Source: Ascidiella aspersa (Eukaryota). From it: a stretch of 64,000 nucleotides of DNA. The DNA is taken from assembly GCA_963924565.1 (NCBI GenBank), contig OZ004612.1, positions 12,524,001 to 12,588,000 on the forward strand. The letters run 5' to 3'. The notes beneath the pieces were generated by a model. That model saw only the letters and a program-made list of their open reading frames with translations. It had not been told where the DNA came from and made no database searches. Of the stretch, positions 12,177 through 24,200 are shown piece after piece. Position 1 is the first letter of the stretch. Every line of letters starts with the position of its first letter. The translations under genes were made by a program, and so were the position numbers.

Positions 12177-15100
12177 GTAAGAAAAAAAACACTTTTTGTT
12201 TTTAGTAAACGATAATTGGCTTTGGCAATGGTTAATGTGTCGAAAATTGCCGTTCTAGTGCAGTGGTTCTTAACTTTTGGCAACCTGTCGAACCCCTATA
12301 TCATTCTGCAAGCTTTCGTTGAACCCCTACTTTTCGCTCAGTATTCGTTTCTTCCTCCTAGCAGCTGAAACTGGGCATATTCGAATTATAAACTTGCATT
12401 TATCTAGGTTAAATTGGCCAAACTTTCAATTAATAACGTTACATGACACCTTGGCATTTAAAGGAGATTCGAAGTTAGCTTGAAATAACAGCATTTATAT
12501 TTCAGAGGACGTTCTCACCGAACCCTTAAAATAGCTGTGTCGAACCCCAAGGGTTCGGCGAACTCTGGTCAAGGACCACTGTTCTAGTGTTTTAATTGTA
12601 CCGCAACTGTTAAACAATTCCTAATTCATAACTCAAAAGTTCTTTCTATAAAATATGCGGCATTATGTAACGAATAAACGTAGTGTTATGTTTATGGAAG
12701 AAACTATATTGAACAATGTAGGTATTAGTTATAAAGGGGGGAATGGCGGTTCTGAAATCTGAACTGTAATATGCCAAAAGGAGATTGCCATAATGGGCGG
12801 GGGCGCAGTGGCAAAGTTTACGACCTTTAAAATTACAGGCGGTGCTGCCATTGTTTGACGATACAAACAATTGCTGTAATGACAACTTAACAGCGCAAAA
12901 CCTTTCGTTTGGGGAAGGGAGGAGTTTTGAAGTGATAGAACACCTCGCGGACGAAACAAAAAAAAATACATTTATCTTTAAACGTTATTTTTCTTTAAAC
13001 GTCAAATCTGTTCATCAAAGAAAATCGGTCGCTAACAAATTTGCATTTTTATTTAAATATTATTTTAACGTCCATTTCACCAAGAGTTTTAACATCAGGA
13101 AGAGTAGGTTAATTTGTGTACTGAATGTTGGATTGAACATTCAATCAATTGTATAACAAAATATGTTTTGTTTTATACAATACACTTTTTACCTGTAAGC
13201 CTATCCTAAGATTTTTTGTGACGTTATATTTGGTTTCTCACAGGTAGTTATTTATTTTAAAACTGTTTTTGACTACTTGAAATCAACTCGGATATCGAAA
13301 ACGGAAAACAGTTCGTTTCTTTGTGGAAAGATAATAATCCCACAGCAGCAGAAGGTAAAAAATCCTTCACAAAGTTAGAGCCATTATTTCCATTAGGCCG
13401 GATCATGACTTCAGCAGTAACATGACAGCAGAAAATACGATTGTGACGTCTATAAACAATTCAGCGTTTGGGTTTCATAAATCCTCTGTGGAGGTGCTTT
13501 TTGACCAATGAGATAACAATGTGAACGCGAACGTGTCTAATTGTCAGCTACACGGCAGTTCTCAACGTAATTATGACGTTTTCTCCCACCCCCACCTCAT
13601 TTTAGTTAAACTGACTTGAGCCAGTAGCCCGATACAAACGTTCTCTGTTACAAATTGTTATTTACGTCACATTAAAACCTTCGCAAAATACTGCTGTTTG
13701 AAATAAAACGTTGTATACTTTGCTAATGTTTGTACCCACATGTCTATTGACAATACCAGCTTGAGCTTGCTTTGCTTATGTTTTGTAATAGGAATGGCGA
13801 TTAAATGTTTAAAACTGTAAGTAGACCATATTTATACAAATAAACTGATGATAAAACAGAACCCGTTGTCCATCAGTAATGCATATTTGTCAATTTCAAA
13901 TATATAAAAACCGCTGTCATTTGTCCAATTAATAAAACTAAATTAAAATACAATAACTTGTTCTAGTTATACCTGTAAGGCTGTAACATGTCCCAGATTG
14001 CTGCAAAAAACTTCTATTAGTTTGGATTAATTATTGAATCCTAAAATTGTGTTGTGGCGACACTTAGCGGAATCGTATTTACTTAAGTTAAAACTATGAA
14101 AAAATTCTCAAACGATATAATGTGTTCAATTGGCCTAGGCTTCTGGAAGTGTCGCTTGTGCATGAAAACTGTACATTCAGGTTCACTTAAGGATCGGAGG
14201 TTATCGAACTCGCAATCTCTATTGCGATTGCACATAGTTAGATCTGATGTACGCGATTATAGATTGCAGAACGCCCGAGGCGTCTGAAAATAAATTGCTG
14301 GACGACCTCTGTCAATACAAATCGCCAGCCGGGCAGAAGGTTTGTATTTCAATTCTTATTAAATTTTTACTCGACTTTCGACCAACAGTCATTGCATCTT
14401 TAAAAACAATCACTAAGTGCGCATTAAGTATACGTTTGCAGAACATGTTATTAAAAAAGGGATTTTAAGGCGATTTGTGTAGTAGAAGAGTGATTTTTAA
14501 GCCGACCCAAGTTTTCTGCTATTTCTAATTTAGGGTATAGGTATAGATAGGAACAATTTTTCTGAAGTCAAGGACATCGTTTACCTAGTGAAAGGTCACT
14601 AAACAAATATAGGAAGACAAGGTGTTGAAAAGTGTACATTATATCAGGCTAAATTCAAGTGGTTACATGAGTTTTATGCTTTTAAAATATTTTCACAGAA
14701 ATACTGCTGTAAATGGAATTAGTAGCGTATAAGGAGATGTAGCTATATGATCTTGTTTACGTTTTGCATTAGTTGAGGTGTAACAATGTACGTTTCTATA
14801 CCAGCTAAATATGTCGCAACTTTATCTTAAAAAATGATTTAGTGGTAAGTTTTAGTCAGGAAAATGGGTTTTGAAACTCACCAGACATATGAGCTACGAC
14901 TGGTCTTTTTTTTTTGCTGCTTTGTCGCTCTACTTAAAACGTTAAATTATTGTACAGCAATCCCATTCAACGCAAAAAGGTGTTTGAGCTGTTTGATGCT
15001 AGAACCGAATTAAAAACTCTTGATGAGAGAGAGAGCGGTCAAAGGCCACTCCTTAAAAATGATATGAATTCTGCGCCGAATCGTAACCAGAAGAAACAGG

Positions 15101-18100
15101 ATTGGCGCAATGACTTGTACAACGCTATGAAAAGGAGCCTAGAAGAGGGTCCTCTCACTGGGGCCTTGACCGAGAAGACTGGCGACGTCGTCTCACGGAC
15201 CCTCGTATCTCTAGTGGATGCCACCGTCGAACAGAGCCTAAAGAACTTGAAGAGGCAGAATCGCGCCGAGGTACGCGAAAAGGCTCAGCTCCATCGCGAT
15301 ATCAGGCTTCTTGAGGAAAAGAACGAAAAGAGCGCCAGAAAAATACGACAGCTGGAAAAGAGACAGAAAGCCCAATTCAAAAAAGGTCGAAACATTTACT
15401 TGCCAAATGCGAGTTAATTTTCTTTCGACAAAGTTCTTCCTAAAGTTTAGGGCTTTTGCTACACGCAGATTTTGAACGGCAAGGGTACACTAGTATGCTT
15501 TATAAGCGAATCACGTTTTATCCGAATTGTGTGTGTGTTTTTTTACATATTGTGAAATTCCCTTAACGCGTCAAAATTATCTTATGTAAGATGCTCAAGG
15601 CTCATGCCTAAAACTGTTCAAAATACTGAACAGGATATCGACAACTGAGACATCATTGGTTAACAGACAGAATTGTATTGTAGCGGCCTTGAATAATACT
15701 TGGTTGTTTTTAGGTGGCGCAAATAACAAAAGCGAAATACCGACTGGAACCTATGAAGCAAAAGAAACTGTTACAGTGCCACGTGAGTAGGATTTACTTT
15801 TAGTTGATTTGCAAATAGTATAGCCACAATGCCAGGTAGCTGTTTAATTTAACTAAATTGTTTTGGTTATTTGACTAGATGAGCAAATGTAACAAGTGAG
15901 CCTAATGTGAATATTGTTTTTAAACAGCGATAAATAACGTCGTCATCGAGAACGAAACCAAAAAAGAAGAAGAGCCTGAAGTGGAAAAGCCGGTAAGTAT
16001 AGTGGTTCGTGTTAAATAACAGCAAATTCATAGTTGCACATCGATACAATTCATTACTTGTATAATGTTTATAACTTAAACGTTTGACATTAGCAAAGGC
16101 TACCTAGAATCCCCTAGAATCCCGAAACATGCAAACCAAAGCACGGTCTAAACTGAACCCAAAAATAGCTTTAATTCATAAACCGGAAACAATTGTCTAA
16201 AATATAATATTGCTTTGCAAGCTGGTTGTATAATTGGGTCAGATTAGTATCCATTAGTATAAATCAGAGACATGAAAACACCTGGTTGTCATTTCACGTT
16301 AATCTTGGCAGTGAATTTCCGCACAAAGTTAAGGCTGAATATCTGCGATATCCATTGCGTATTAAATAAAAGTGGAAAAACAACGCAAAAAGTATAATTC
16401 TATTTGCTTTCCTTTCTGACATTGTGTTTTTCTCATTTTAAGGTCCCAGCTCCTAGAGCATCTTCAAGCCCTCCTTCTGAATGCGAAAAGGAGACATCAT
16501 CTTCCGAATCCGAGTCCTCGTCGGAAGAGGAGGAAAGCTCCGAAGAAGAACCGGAACTTAACGAAATACAAGAGGAAGTCCAAGAAAAAGAATCCTCCTC
16601 AGAATCAGAACAAGAAAGGGTCGAGGAAGATAAAACTAAAGAGCCAATTGTAGAAAAAGAGGAGGAAGTCTCTGTCATGGAGGCACCATCTTCTCCTGTG
16701 ATTTCAAGGCATCCAAGTACGTCCTCCAGCAGTTCGTCCTCCAACGATCCCAGTTCTTCTTCTTCTGAAACTGATGAAGAACGAAAGAGCGATGATGTGG
16801 TGATTGAAGTTGATCCCGAAGCTGAAAAGGAAACAAGTGATTTCGAGGTGGAAAAACCCCAAGAGGTCTTGATTCCAGTCGAATCACCTCCGACAAGTTT
16901 AGGTAAGTTCGAGTTTTCCCAACTTCATTTTTAACTCAATTTGTTAAATTGCACGTCACTAATTACTCAAGTTAGAGGTTAGTAGTTCCTAAAATTACGA
17001 ATACCAAAAGCTATTTTCTCAAAATAATTAGTCATTAAAATTGTCGTGATTAGATTCTTATTATTTTAAATAGCTGCCTACACTACAGCATCTCTTTGCA
17101 ACAGGAAATAAAAACTTATTATTGCAGGAATAACTTCTTAACGGTACATACAATACGATTTACTAACTCAGTACTGGACGAGGACACGCACAAAGAAGTT
17201 CCAGTCAAGTCAGTTGTTCAAATAAATCAATTATAGAACTAACAAGTCAGTGAGGCAAACGAACGCATGGGGGTATCTTGATTGTTTTTAGAAAAGCACT
17301 GCAATGAACTTCAAAATACACGTCCTGGCAATAATAAATTTAGCACAGGCGTTCCTTAACTGAAGTCCATTCACCCCTTGAGGGTATGTGGACTCGTTTT
17401 GGCAATCAATGAGTCATAATTTAAACCTTATAGTTTTAAATAAATTTATTTTTCAAGAGGCTAACTGAAAAAACGTTTTGACCCTCCTTCAATATATTTT
17501 GGCTCGATTTTAGTGTATAATTGCACACGTTTGACCTAAAACTGCAGGTTTCTACTTGTTTTTACACCATCCTTGAACAATTGCATGCCGACCCTGGTCC
17601 AGGCAAACTATTTTTCAGTTGTCCTCGTTGAATAGTTTAAGAAACCCTGATCCAGCAAATAAGGCATTTTGGCGAGCCGATACTTTATTTATACAATAGG
17701 GCCAAATCTCAAAGATTCAACGCTTTACGTCCAAAATTTAGGCCTAAATTTGAGCTGTCAGTGCAAACGCTATTTAATTCAAAAAATGAGCAAAATTAAA
17801 TACACAGAGCGAGTGTCTTCTTCGTCTTCCCGAGTCCGCTCCATCGACGTCGGAGGAGGCATCACTCTGTCGCTTCGCATCCAGCGCGGATCCGACAACG
17901 CCCACAAAGTCATCCTTAACGGAAGATCTCTGGGAGGCGACGGAGAGTGCACATCATCATCAGAAGATGGGTCGGACGAGCCTCTGAGGAGCTTCTCGCA
18001 TAACCAGACTCAGGATGACGGCATCAAGGTGATCCGGAGGTACGACGTGCCGGAAGAGAACTCCGAAAGCTATTTTGCTGCTCCACCCAAGGTATTGTAA

Positions 18101-20641
18101 TACCGTCGAGTGTTTTTACGAACAATATAATTTATTTAGACTATATAAATTATGTATATGACTATCTTGTTTGAATAGTAAAGTTTCACCTTGTGGTATG
18201 CTCTAAATCACTGTAACCTTCGACCTTTTTGAGATTTTCAAAAACTCCTTATGTTCAAAAATGACATTTAAAGCAAATTAAAGTTCTTCTATTGGATGGC
18301 TCCTATAAAATAAAAAAACGAGTGCTTACGCAATCTGGCCGGTATCTTAAATCACGATTATTTTTTAACTACACTATTGCTGGCTATAACGTATTTGCAA
18401 AAAGCCAAAAAAATAAACGTTTACCTATGTTACCAGCTTCAACTAGTCTTGCTTCATTCTTTCCGCACAAATTCGTGCAAGCATACTCCTGGCATTTCCA
18501 ACGGCTAACGCAACTCTTATCGTTTGCAGCCTATCGGTTTCCGGCCGTCCTCCCTACCCTCCGATGACGAGTCCGACGAGCTCGTGACGTCAGATGAGGC
18601 GGTGGCCGGTGTCATCAACGTGACGTCAGGCGAGAAGCTCACGATCTGCCAGGCGACGAAGAAGGGCCTGATCCCGAAGAAGACGGCGCTCTTCCTGCTG
18701 GAGGCGCAGGCTGCAACCGGGAGCGTAGTGAACCCACGCAACGGCGTTAAGCTTTCGGTGCAGGGCGCAATAGACCTCGGCCTTGTCGACGAGCACTATA
18801 GGCAGACGCTGATAGCTGCAGAAGGCGCTTACTACGGCTACCTGGACCCACGCACCAACGAGACGGTTTGCCTGAGCGAGGCCATGCGGAGGGGAATCTT
18901 CCCCAAAGCGCAAGGCATGCGGCTGCTGGAATCCCAGGTGGCCACTGGCGGCGTTATTGACCCGTGGACCGGCGCCAGGTACGCGCTGGACGCCGCACAG
19001 CAGAAGGGTTTGGTCGACGACGAGATGGCCCAAGCGCTGAAGACGCCCGACGAGCTGATGGATTTCTTCGATCCCGGCACGCAGTCGAAGCTGAGCTACG
19101 GCGACCTGCTGGCCAAGTGTATTCGCGACCTGGACACTGGCCTGCGCTTCCTCTACATCGAGGAGAAGCCGCGCGCTATCGACACGCACTACCAGCCCGA
19201 TTTGCTCACTTTCCGGAGCGCTTTTAGACGCAAAGTCACGCTACAGGACCTGATCGACGCCGGCCTAGTTGAGCGCCCGATTTTGGACGCGTTTCGCGGA
19301 GGGAGGCTGAGCAAAGAAGAGCTTCGCGACGTCCTGCAGCCATTCCTGGTCGGCGAGGAGCCAATCGCTGGAGTGCTGAACAAGGCGACGCACAAGGTGC
19401 TGAGCATCTGTCAGGCGGTTAAAGACGGCTTGTTGCGCAAAGGCACTGCTCTTGAGCTCCTCGAAGCCCAGGCGGCCACCGGAAGCATAATCGACCCTGC
19501 ATCCGGGAAGAAGATGTCCGTAAATCGTGCAGTCAGCATCGGCTTGGTGGACCAGGAGTTTGCAGCCGCCCTACAAAACGCAGAGCAGGCTGTTCATGGC
19601 TTCACTGAGCCTGGAACCAATAAGCTCATATCGCTATTCGAGGCAATGAAGAAGGGCATCGTGATCGAGATTCACGGAGTCCGGATGTTGGAGGCGCAGC
19701 TCGCCACCGGAGGAGTGATTGATCCTGAAGCGGGCTACCGCATCCCAACGTCTCTTGCCCTGGAGCGCGGACTCTTCGACTACAGAATGGCTGACATTCT
19801 TACGACGTCCAACGCAGATTTAAAGGGCTACTACGACCCTACCAGTGGTGAGAAATTGTTTTAAGATTGTTGACAGAAAATTCGGCAAACTGTTTATATA
19901 AGTAACAGCGAAAGGACGCATCTCGATTTTTTCACAAAAAAATACAATTTCGGATTTAAACGAAGAACCTAAAATTGAAAAAAGGATGTAGGAAAGTATA
20001 AAAATGGTCTTAATTTGATTCTAGTAAGCATTTCTTATAATTGTAAAATTACTCTTTCGGCGAAATTTTATTAAGGTGCCAACGTTTCAATTACCTATTC
20101 GGTCAATCGCGTTCAGGGCAATATAGCATTTCCTAATTTGATTCTAATATGACGTTTAGCAAATGCACTCAAGACAAGCTATTCTTCTATAACGGTCCTC
20201 GAGAAGATGCTTTGTAAGCAATCAGACGGCATCCTTCCGATTCAGGCCTTACACTTTGTGTCTCAAAACTGTACCTCTAACGTTAAAAAATCGCAGCCAA
20301 AACGACTTTTAGAGTAGTTTTACGTTGCCGAGGCTGAGCAAAATGGTTACTATGTTGCAGGCGAGAACACGACCTACGCGGAGCTAATGAAGCGCTGCGT
20401 CAGAAACAAGAAGCGTCACGGAGGAGGAATGCGTCTTCTCCCGATCGTCGATCGCGCTCCCACCACCGACCTGAAGCTGAAGGGCACCTTCCGTCATCGC
20501 AAGATCACCATCACCGACCCGCTCACCAACCGCCAGATGACGCTAGACCAGGCGGCATCGGCAAACGTCATTGACCCGGAAACTTTGCAGACGCTATCGC
20601 TACAGGAAGGCGTTTGGCCCGACGACGCCCGTCGCACTTGA
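12065..20641 (+). CDS. Membrane-anchored plakin-repeat (desmoplakin-tail-like) protein, ~1028 aa, 9 exons
   Basis: Exons 12065-12176, 14270-14339, 14958-15385, 15714-15782, 15928-15992, 16443-16902, 17808-18091, 18530-19847 and 20361-20641 all have GT-AG borders, matching phases, and sum to 3087 nt with one terminal TGA. The plakin repeats are unmistakable (LLEAQAATG, IAGV, GGVIDP). Linkage of the TM exon is inferred from phase. Confidence 0.75.
12261..12581. mobile_element. hAT-type MITE with perfect TSD TTCTAGTG
   Basis: CAGTGGTTCTTAAC / GTCAAGGACCACTG, CGAACCC subterminal repeats, 8-bp TSD. Confidence 0.9.
13244..13354 (+). CDS. Candidate alternative exon (phase 0-0: VVIYFKTVFDYLKSTRISKTENSSFLCGKIIIPQQQK)
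   Basis: Acceptor tttctcacag, donor AAG|GTAAAA, 111 nt, open only in phase 0, no ATG. Confidence 0.4.
14270..14339 (+). CDS. Plakin-repeat gene exon 2 (QRPRRLKINCWTTSVNTNRQPGR)
   Basis: Acceptor attgcag (phase 1); alternative acceptor attatag at 14263 (phase 0, same frame); donor AG|GTTTGT phase 2 fits the next exon. Confidence 0.62.
14958..15385 (+). CDS. Plakin-repeat gene exon 3, includes short coiled coil (EQSLKNLKRQNRAEVREKAQLHRDIRLLEEKNEKSARKIRQLEKRQK)
   Basis: Acceptor tgtacag, donor AAAG|GTCGAA, inside the 155-aa ORF; heptad-like charged helix. Confidence 0.8.
15714..15782 (+). CDS. Plakin-repeat gene exon 4 (GGANNKSEIPTGTYEAKETVTVP)
   Basis: Acceptor gtttttag, donor C|GTGAGT, 69 nt, phase 1-1. 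Confidence 0.78.
15928..15992 (+). CDS. Plakin-repeat gene exon 5 (PINNVVIENETKKEEEPEVEKP)
   Basis: Acceptor tttttaaacag, donor CCG|GTAAGT, phase 1-0. Confidence 0.8.
16443..16902 (+). CDS. Plakin-repeat gene exon 6, Ser/Glu-rich disordered linker
   Basis: Acceptor cattttaag, donor TTAG|GTAAGT, phase 0-1; acidic low-complexity ORF. Confidence 0.85.
17346..17649. mobile_element. hAT-type MITE (degenerate)
   Basis: CAGGCGTTCCTTAACT / AGTTTAAGAAACCCTG; TSD atttagca/atccagca. Confidence 0.7.
17808..18091 (+). CDS. Plakin-repeat gene exon 7 (ERVSSSSSRVRSIDVGGG...YFAAPPK)
   Basis: Acceptor tacacag (NAGNAG), donor AAG|GTATTG, phase 1-0; GC-rich codon usage. Confidence 0.82.
18530..19847 (+). CDS. 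Plakin-repeat gene exon 8: plakin repeat domains A and most of B
   Basis: Two internally similar ~190-aa blocks (AVAGVINVTSGEKLTICQATKKGLI..LLEAQAATG / PIAGVLNKATHKVLSICQAVKDGLL..LLEAQAATG); acceptor tttgcag, donor G|GTGAGA. Confidence 0.95.
20361..20641 (+). CDS. Plakin-repeat gene last exon: end of PRD-B plus first half of plakin linker, stop
   Basis: Acceptor gttgcag phase 1 gives DPTSG-ENTTYAELMKRC; then FRHRKITITDPLTNRQMTLDQA..LQEGVW; TGA 20639-20641. Confidence 0.9.
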
Positions 20642-21266
20642 TTTCCAAGCGCGTATATTTTTGTTGTTTCGCTAATCCGCCTGGTAGCGACGTTGCGCTG
20701 CGGCTGCATTGTTTGTTTTTTCAAAAGTGCCAAAAATATTCGCGATGAGCAGAAACAATTGCTCCGGGAAGAAGCGTTATAGCTTAAAATGGGCCCAGGA
20801 TGTAGTCGGAATTCTGTGAAAATTTTGACAATATTTGTATTTGGGTATCCGTAAAGAAACAGATCTATGGATTCGGAGATTCGGTTTGGTTTGGTTTAGG
20901 CTACTTTGTTCTGTTGGGCCTGGTCGTTCGAGTGTATTTTTTCTGTGGGAAAAACATTTTAAATAATATTTGTGTAATATGTTGTTTACATAAAAGTATT
21001 AGAGCTTGCGTGATACCTTTGCGTGATACCTGTCCATTTTGCAAAAATAGGTGTGTTGCATAGTTAGTGTTAGTAATACTGAGTCCTTAATATAAGTAAA
21101 TTAAAATCTCGTTGTTTACAGCTAAGTCTGGCCTTAAATCATATAAAAATTGCTTAATTTATCGCTTAATTTCTGTGTAGGTTTTTTTATTCAATTACTG
21201 TTCCGTGTGAAAACATGTGGTGAAGTTGGTCATGGTACATTTATTGATGTTTAATATTAATATTGA

Positions 21267-21277
21267 AATAAAATAAA
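21267..21277 (+). terminator. Polyadenylation signal (two overlapping AATAAA) of the plakin-repeat gene
   Basis: AATAAAATAAA ~630 nt after the stop, followed by T/G-rich ttgtgttttttt. Confidence 0.6.
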
Positions 21278-24200
21278 TAGCATACATTGAAAAAATGTTA
21301 CATTGTGTTTTTTTCCAAACTAAAAGAGGTAGATGCAGTGCTTATAATTTCTGACCGGACAGGTGGACAGTTTTCTCCTTGAACGCATGAAAATCTTGAG
21401 AGATAACGTCACAGAGTTACGTTAAATCAGGACGCCTATAACAAGTAACCTGAGGTTATCGTTCAATGTAGTGCACAAATATGCAACTGAAATATTGGTT
21501 TAAATACAATCAAAAGATGGCGGGACGGCCTGGTGAAAAAGAGACAAAGCCTAGTAAAAAAGCAACACTTTTACCGGTACGACGTATACCTGCAAAAAGT
21601 TTTACCGTAACGCAAATCCGAAACGATTCGGCTTAATTTTATTACTGGTTTTAGGCAATATAAAATAAATACTGGTACTAATACAGTTTTACTAATTATC
21701 AAATATTATTTACCGTTTTAAACATTCTATTTTGCTAACTTACTTTGTAGTCTGCAACACTCGTAGTTCTTATTTTTGGTTTTATGCTAGTAGTACCGGA
21801 TATATATTATTGCAAAAATCGCTACTTTGCTAAATACAAAATTTTTATAGCATCGATCTGGCAATTTAATTTGCAATCAATAAAAAAGTCACTTTTAAAC
21901 TACACAGCTTATTTAGGCATGAACGCTCTCAATTTAAGGGATATTATTAAATTATATGTGTGTCGCTTAATATTTATAATGATTGTTCGACAATTTTGGT
22001 ACCTAAAAATCCACCAAGCACTTAAATCATCCAAGTAACTAACGATTGTTGTACAATCACTACAAATAAGTTATTTTATGTTTATTCATTATGTTATTTC
22101 TACATCTGTGTAGTTTTAAAAATCTGCTTTATTAGGGGTCTTACCATCCATTATACACGTCGCTTTTGGTTGTACAGTACACGCTTGCTACAAAGAGAAA
22201 TATAACTTGTTCGGTAACGAATAGTAACGACTTTCCAGTGCAAGTTTAACGAAGCGTTTAAAGCTGTTTTACACATTCCCGCGTTACACGCTCTAACGCA
22301 CACTCTCGTAAAAGTTATTTGTGACGCAACAGACGTTTTGCGTCATACGTAGGTCAAGTGAGAAGTACAGTATAGCCTGTTGCATAAGTTTAGACAGCAA
22401 GTAAATCAGTAGGCTTAACTACAGGCACTTTAGATAGCGACAAGCTTTGACACGTCAAGTAATTATTCATCACTCTGCTGAAACTTATGCATGACTACAT
22501 TAGTGCAAGTGTTGCTCAATTAGCCTGCATTGGGATTCCTAACGCCACAGTTTATGCGAAAACGCTTGTTTGCAGTCATCTTGCACAATTTACTTCACTA
22601 TTTCCGAATGACGGGATTGGTGTCGATAGCACATCAATCCAGTTAATGGGAAAACATGTAGACGGCAGCTTTTAAAACAGAACTTTTTCTACATGATTTA
22701 GGTCAATTGCAGTAACTAGACATTTAAGCACTAAGTTTGCCAGACTGGATTGCTAATGTGAGACGTTCGTGTAGCATTTTTTCGCAAAAGAACACTAGTG
22801 AAGGCTTTCGTACCAGATTGGTACTTACGCCTCTTACAAAGTGAGTGGGATGCAAAGATTTTTTGCAGCTACAAAGCAGCGCGCGTTTAGCAGTACTCTA
22901 GGTTGCCAGCGAGGTACTTGAGAAAAGCTTCTAACGGGAAACAATAGCTGATTTATTGGCTCGGATCGGCGCCCAGGCCAAGCGTGTAATGTAACTGGCG
23001 CTTGCAGAGCCTTTTGCGTGCAAATCACAAATGCTCACGTAAAGGAAAGAGGCGGCCCATGGAGTGTGTAAGGCGGAAACGACAACCTGCTGTATTGTGC
23101 AGACGTTATGATGCAGCGTTGCTTGTTTTACGTTGTTGGCCTTATTTTTTTGTTAAAAAAACAGGTCAATTTGCGCGGTAACGCATAATGGCACGAATGC
23201 TCGCAAACTTAGATTCAAGGACGACGTTCAAGTCGTAGGGTGACAGGTGAATATTCGGCTGTGAGTTAGTCATAATGGCATTCGCGAAAAGAAGAGGCAA
23301 TTTTACCCGCAATAAGTAGTTTTGAATTTAAATGAATGTATTAGTACTAATAGGTGTATCGTCTCAAAGCGAGACAGGTAAATAGCCATAGTCATTTCCA
23401 GAGGCTGTGTTAGTCGGCTAACAAAGTAATTTAATTGATTTAGTAAATAAATCAGTGATTCTTAAACTGTGTTCTGCAGCAGTGCGCAACACTAGTGAGT
23501 GCCCCTCGAGAGATTGTTAAGTGTGCCTCGAAACTTTTAGTAGTTGTGGAAAATAAGTCATTCGTGTTACGGATACGTTCAAACATTTAAGACTTGAACA
23601 CGCTAAAACAAACTTGATATACTATTCAATTCTTTTTACATATCGTTTGTCGTGTGTTAAGAATAATGATAGTAAAGTTACTATTGTTGTTCTGTAAAAT
23701 GTGTGCTGCGAAATACTTATTATGGTATAAAAAACATTAGCATTACCCAAATCAATATATAATCGCTAATGGACCCATGCAAACGACAAATGCCGAACTC
23801 CTGATCTGGAATAATATAATGTTGTCTTGTTTAAAAACGCAGCCGCGTAGTTTATATTACATACTTTATGCGCGGTCATTCAGATCAAACAAAAGTATCT
23901 AACACCTAAATAACGAACCCGCAGTTTACTCCAAAACCGCTACGTGCTAAGTATTTGCAATTTAAGAAAATTTCGTCACTGAGAAGACAATTTTGTTTTC
24001 GCTGGTACTTCATTTACTAAACTAAGAGCGTCAAGAAGTTCTGATGGGTGTTCTTCTGACGCAATGCTATCAAAATTGATTACTTTGTTGACGCAATAAC
24101 ACGTGCTGTGTTTTATGTTGTTGTTGGGAACAGGTCCCATACTATTTGTGATTTGTGAGGGACAGTTAAAGTCAGCACGCAGTTAAGGCATTGCTGTACT

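Noticed and set aside
12839-13156. 104-aa ORF in intron 1 of the plakin gene as an extra exon
   Set aside because: Its acceptor gives a stop in the phase required by the TM exon, and there is no convincing donor.
17172-17208. Possible micro-exon VLDEDTHKEVPV after ctcag
   Set aside because: Entry phase fits, but the donors are weak or out of phase with 17808; the model works without it.
16433-19407. Minus-strand ORFs 16433-16744, 18626-19189, 18838-19080 and 19189-19407
   Set aside because: Antisense shadows of real plus-strand exons; no independent protein features.
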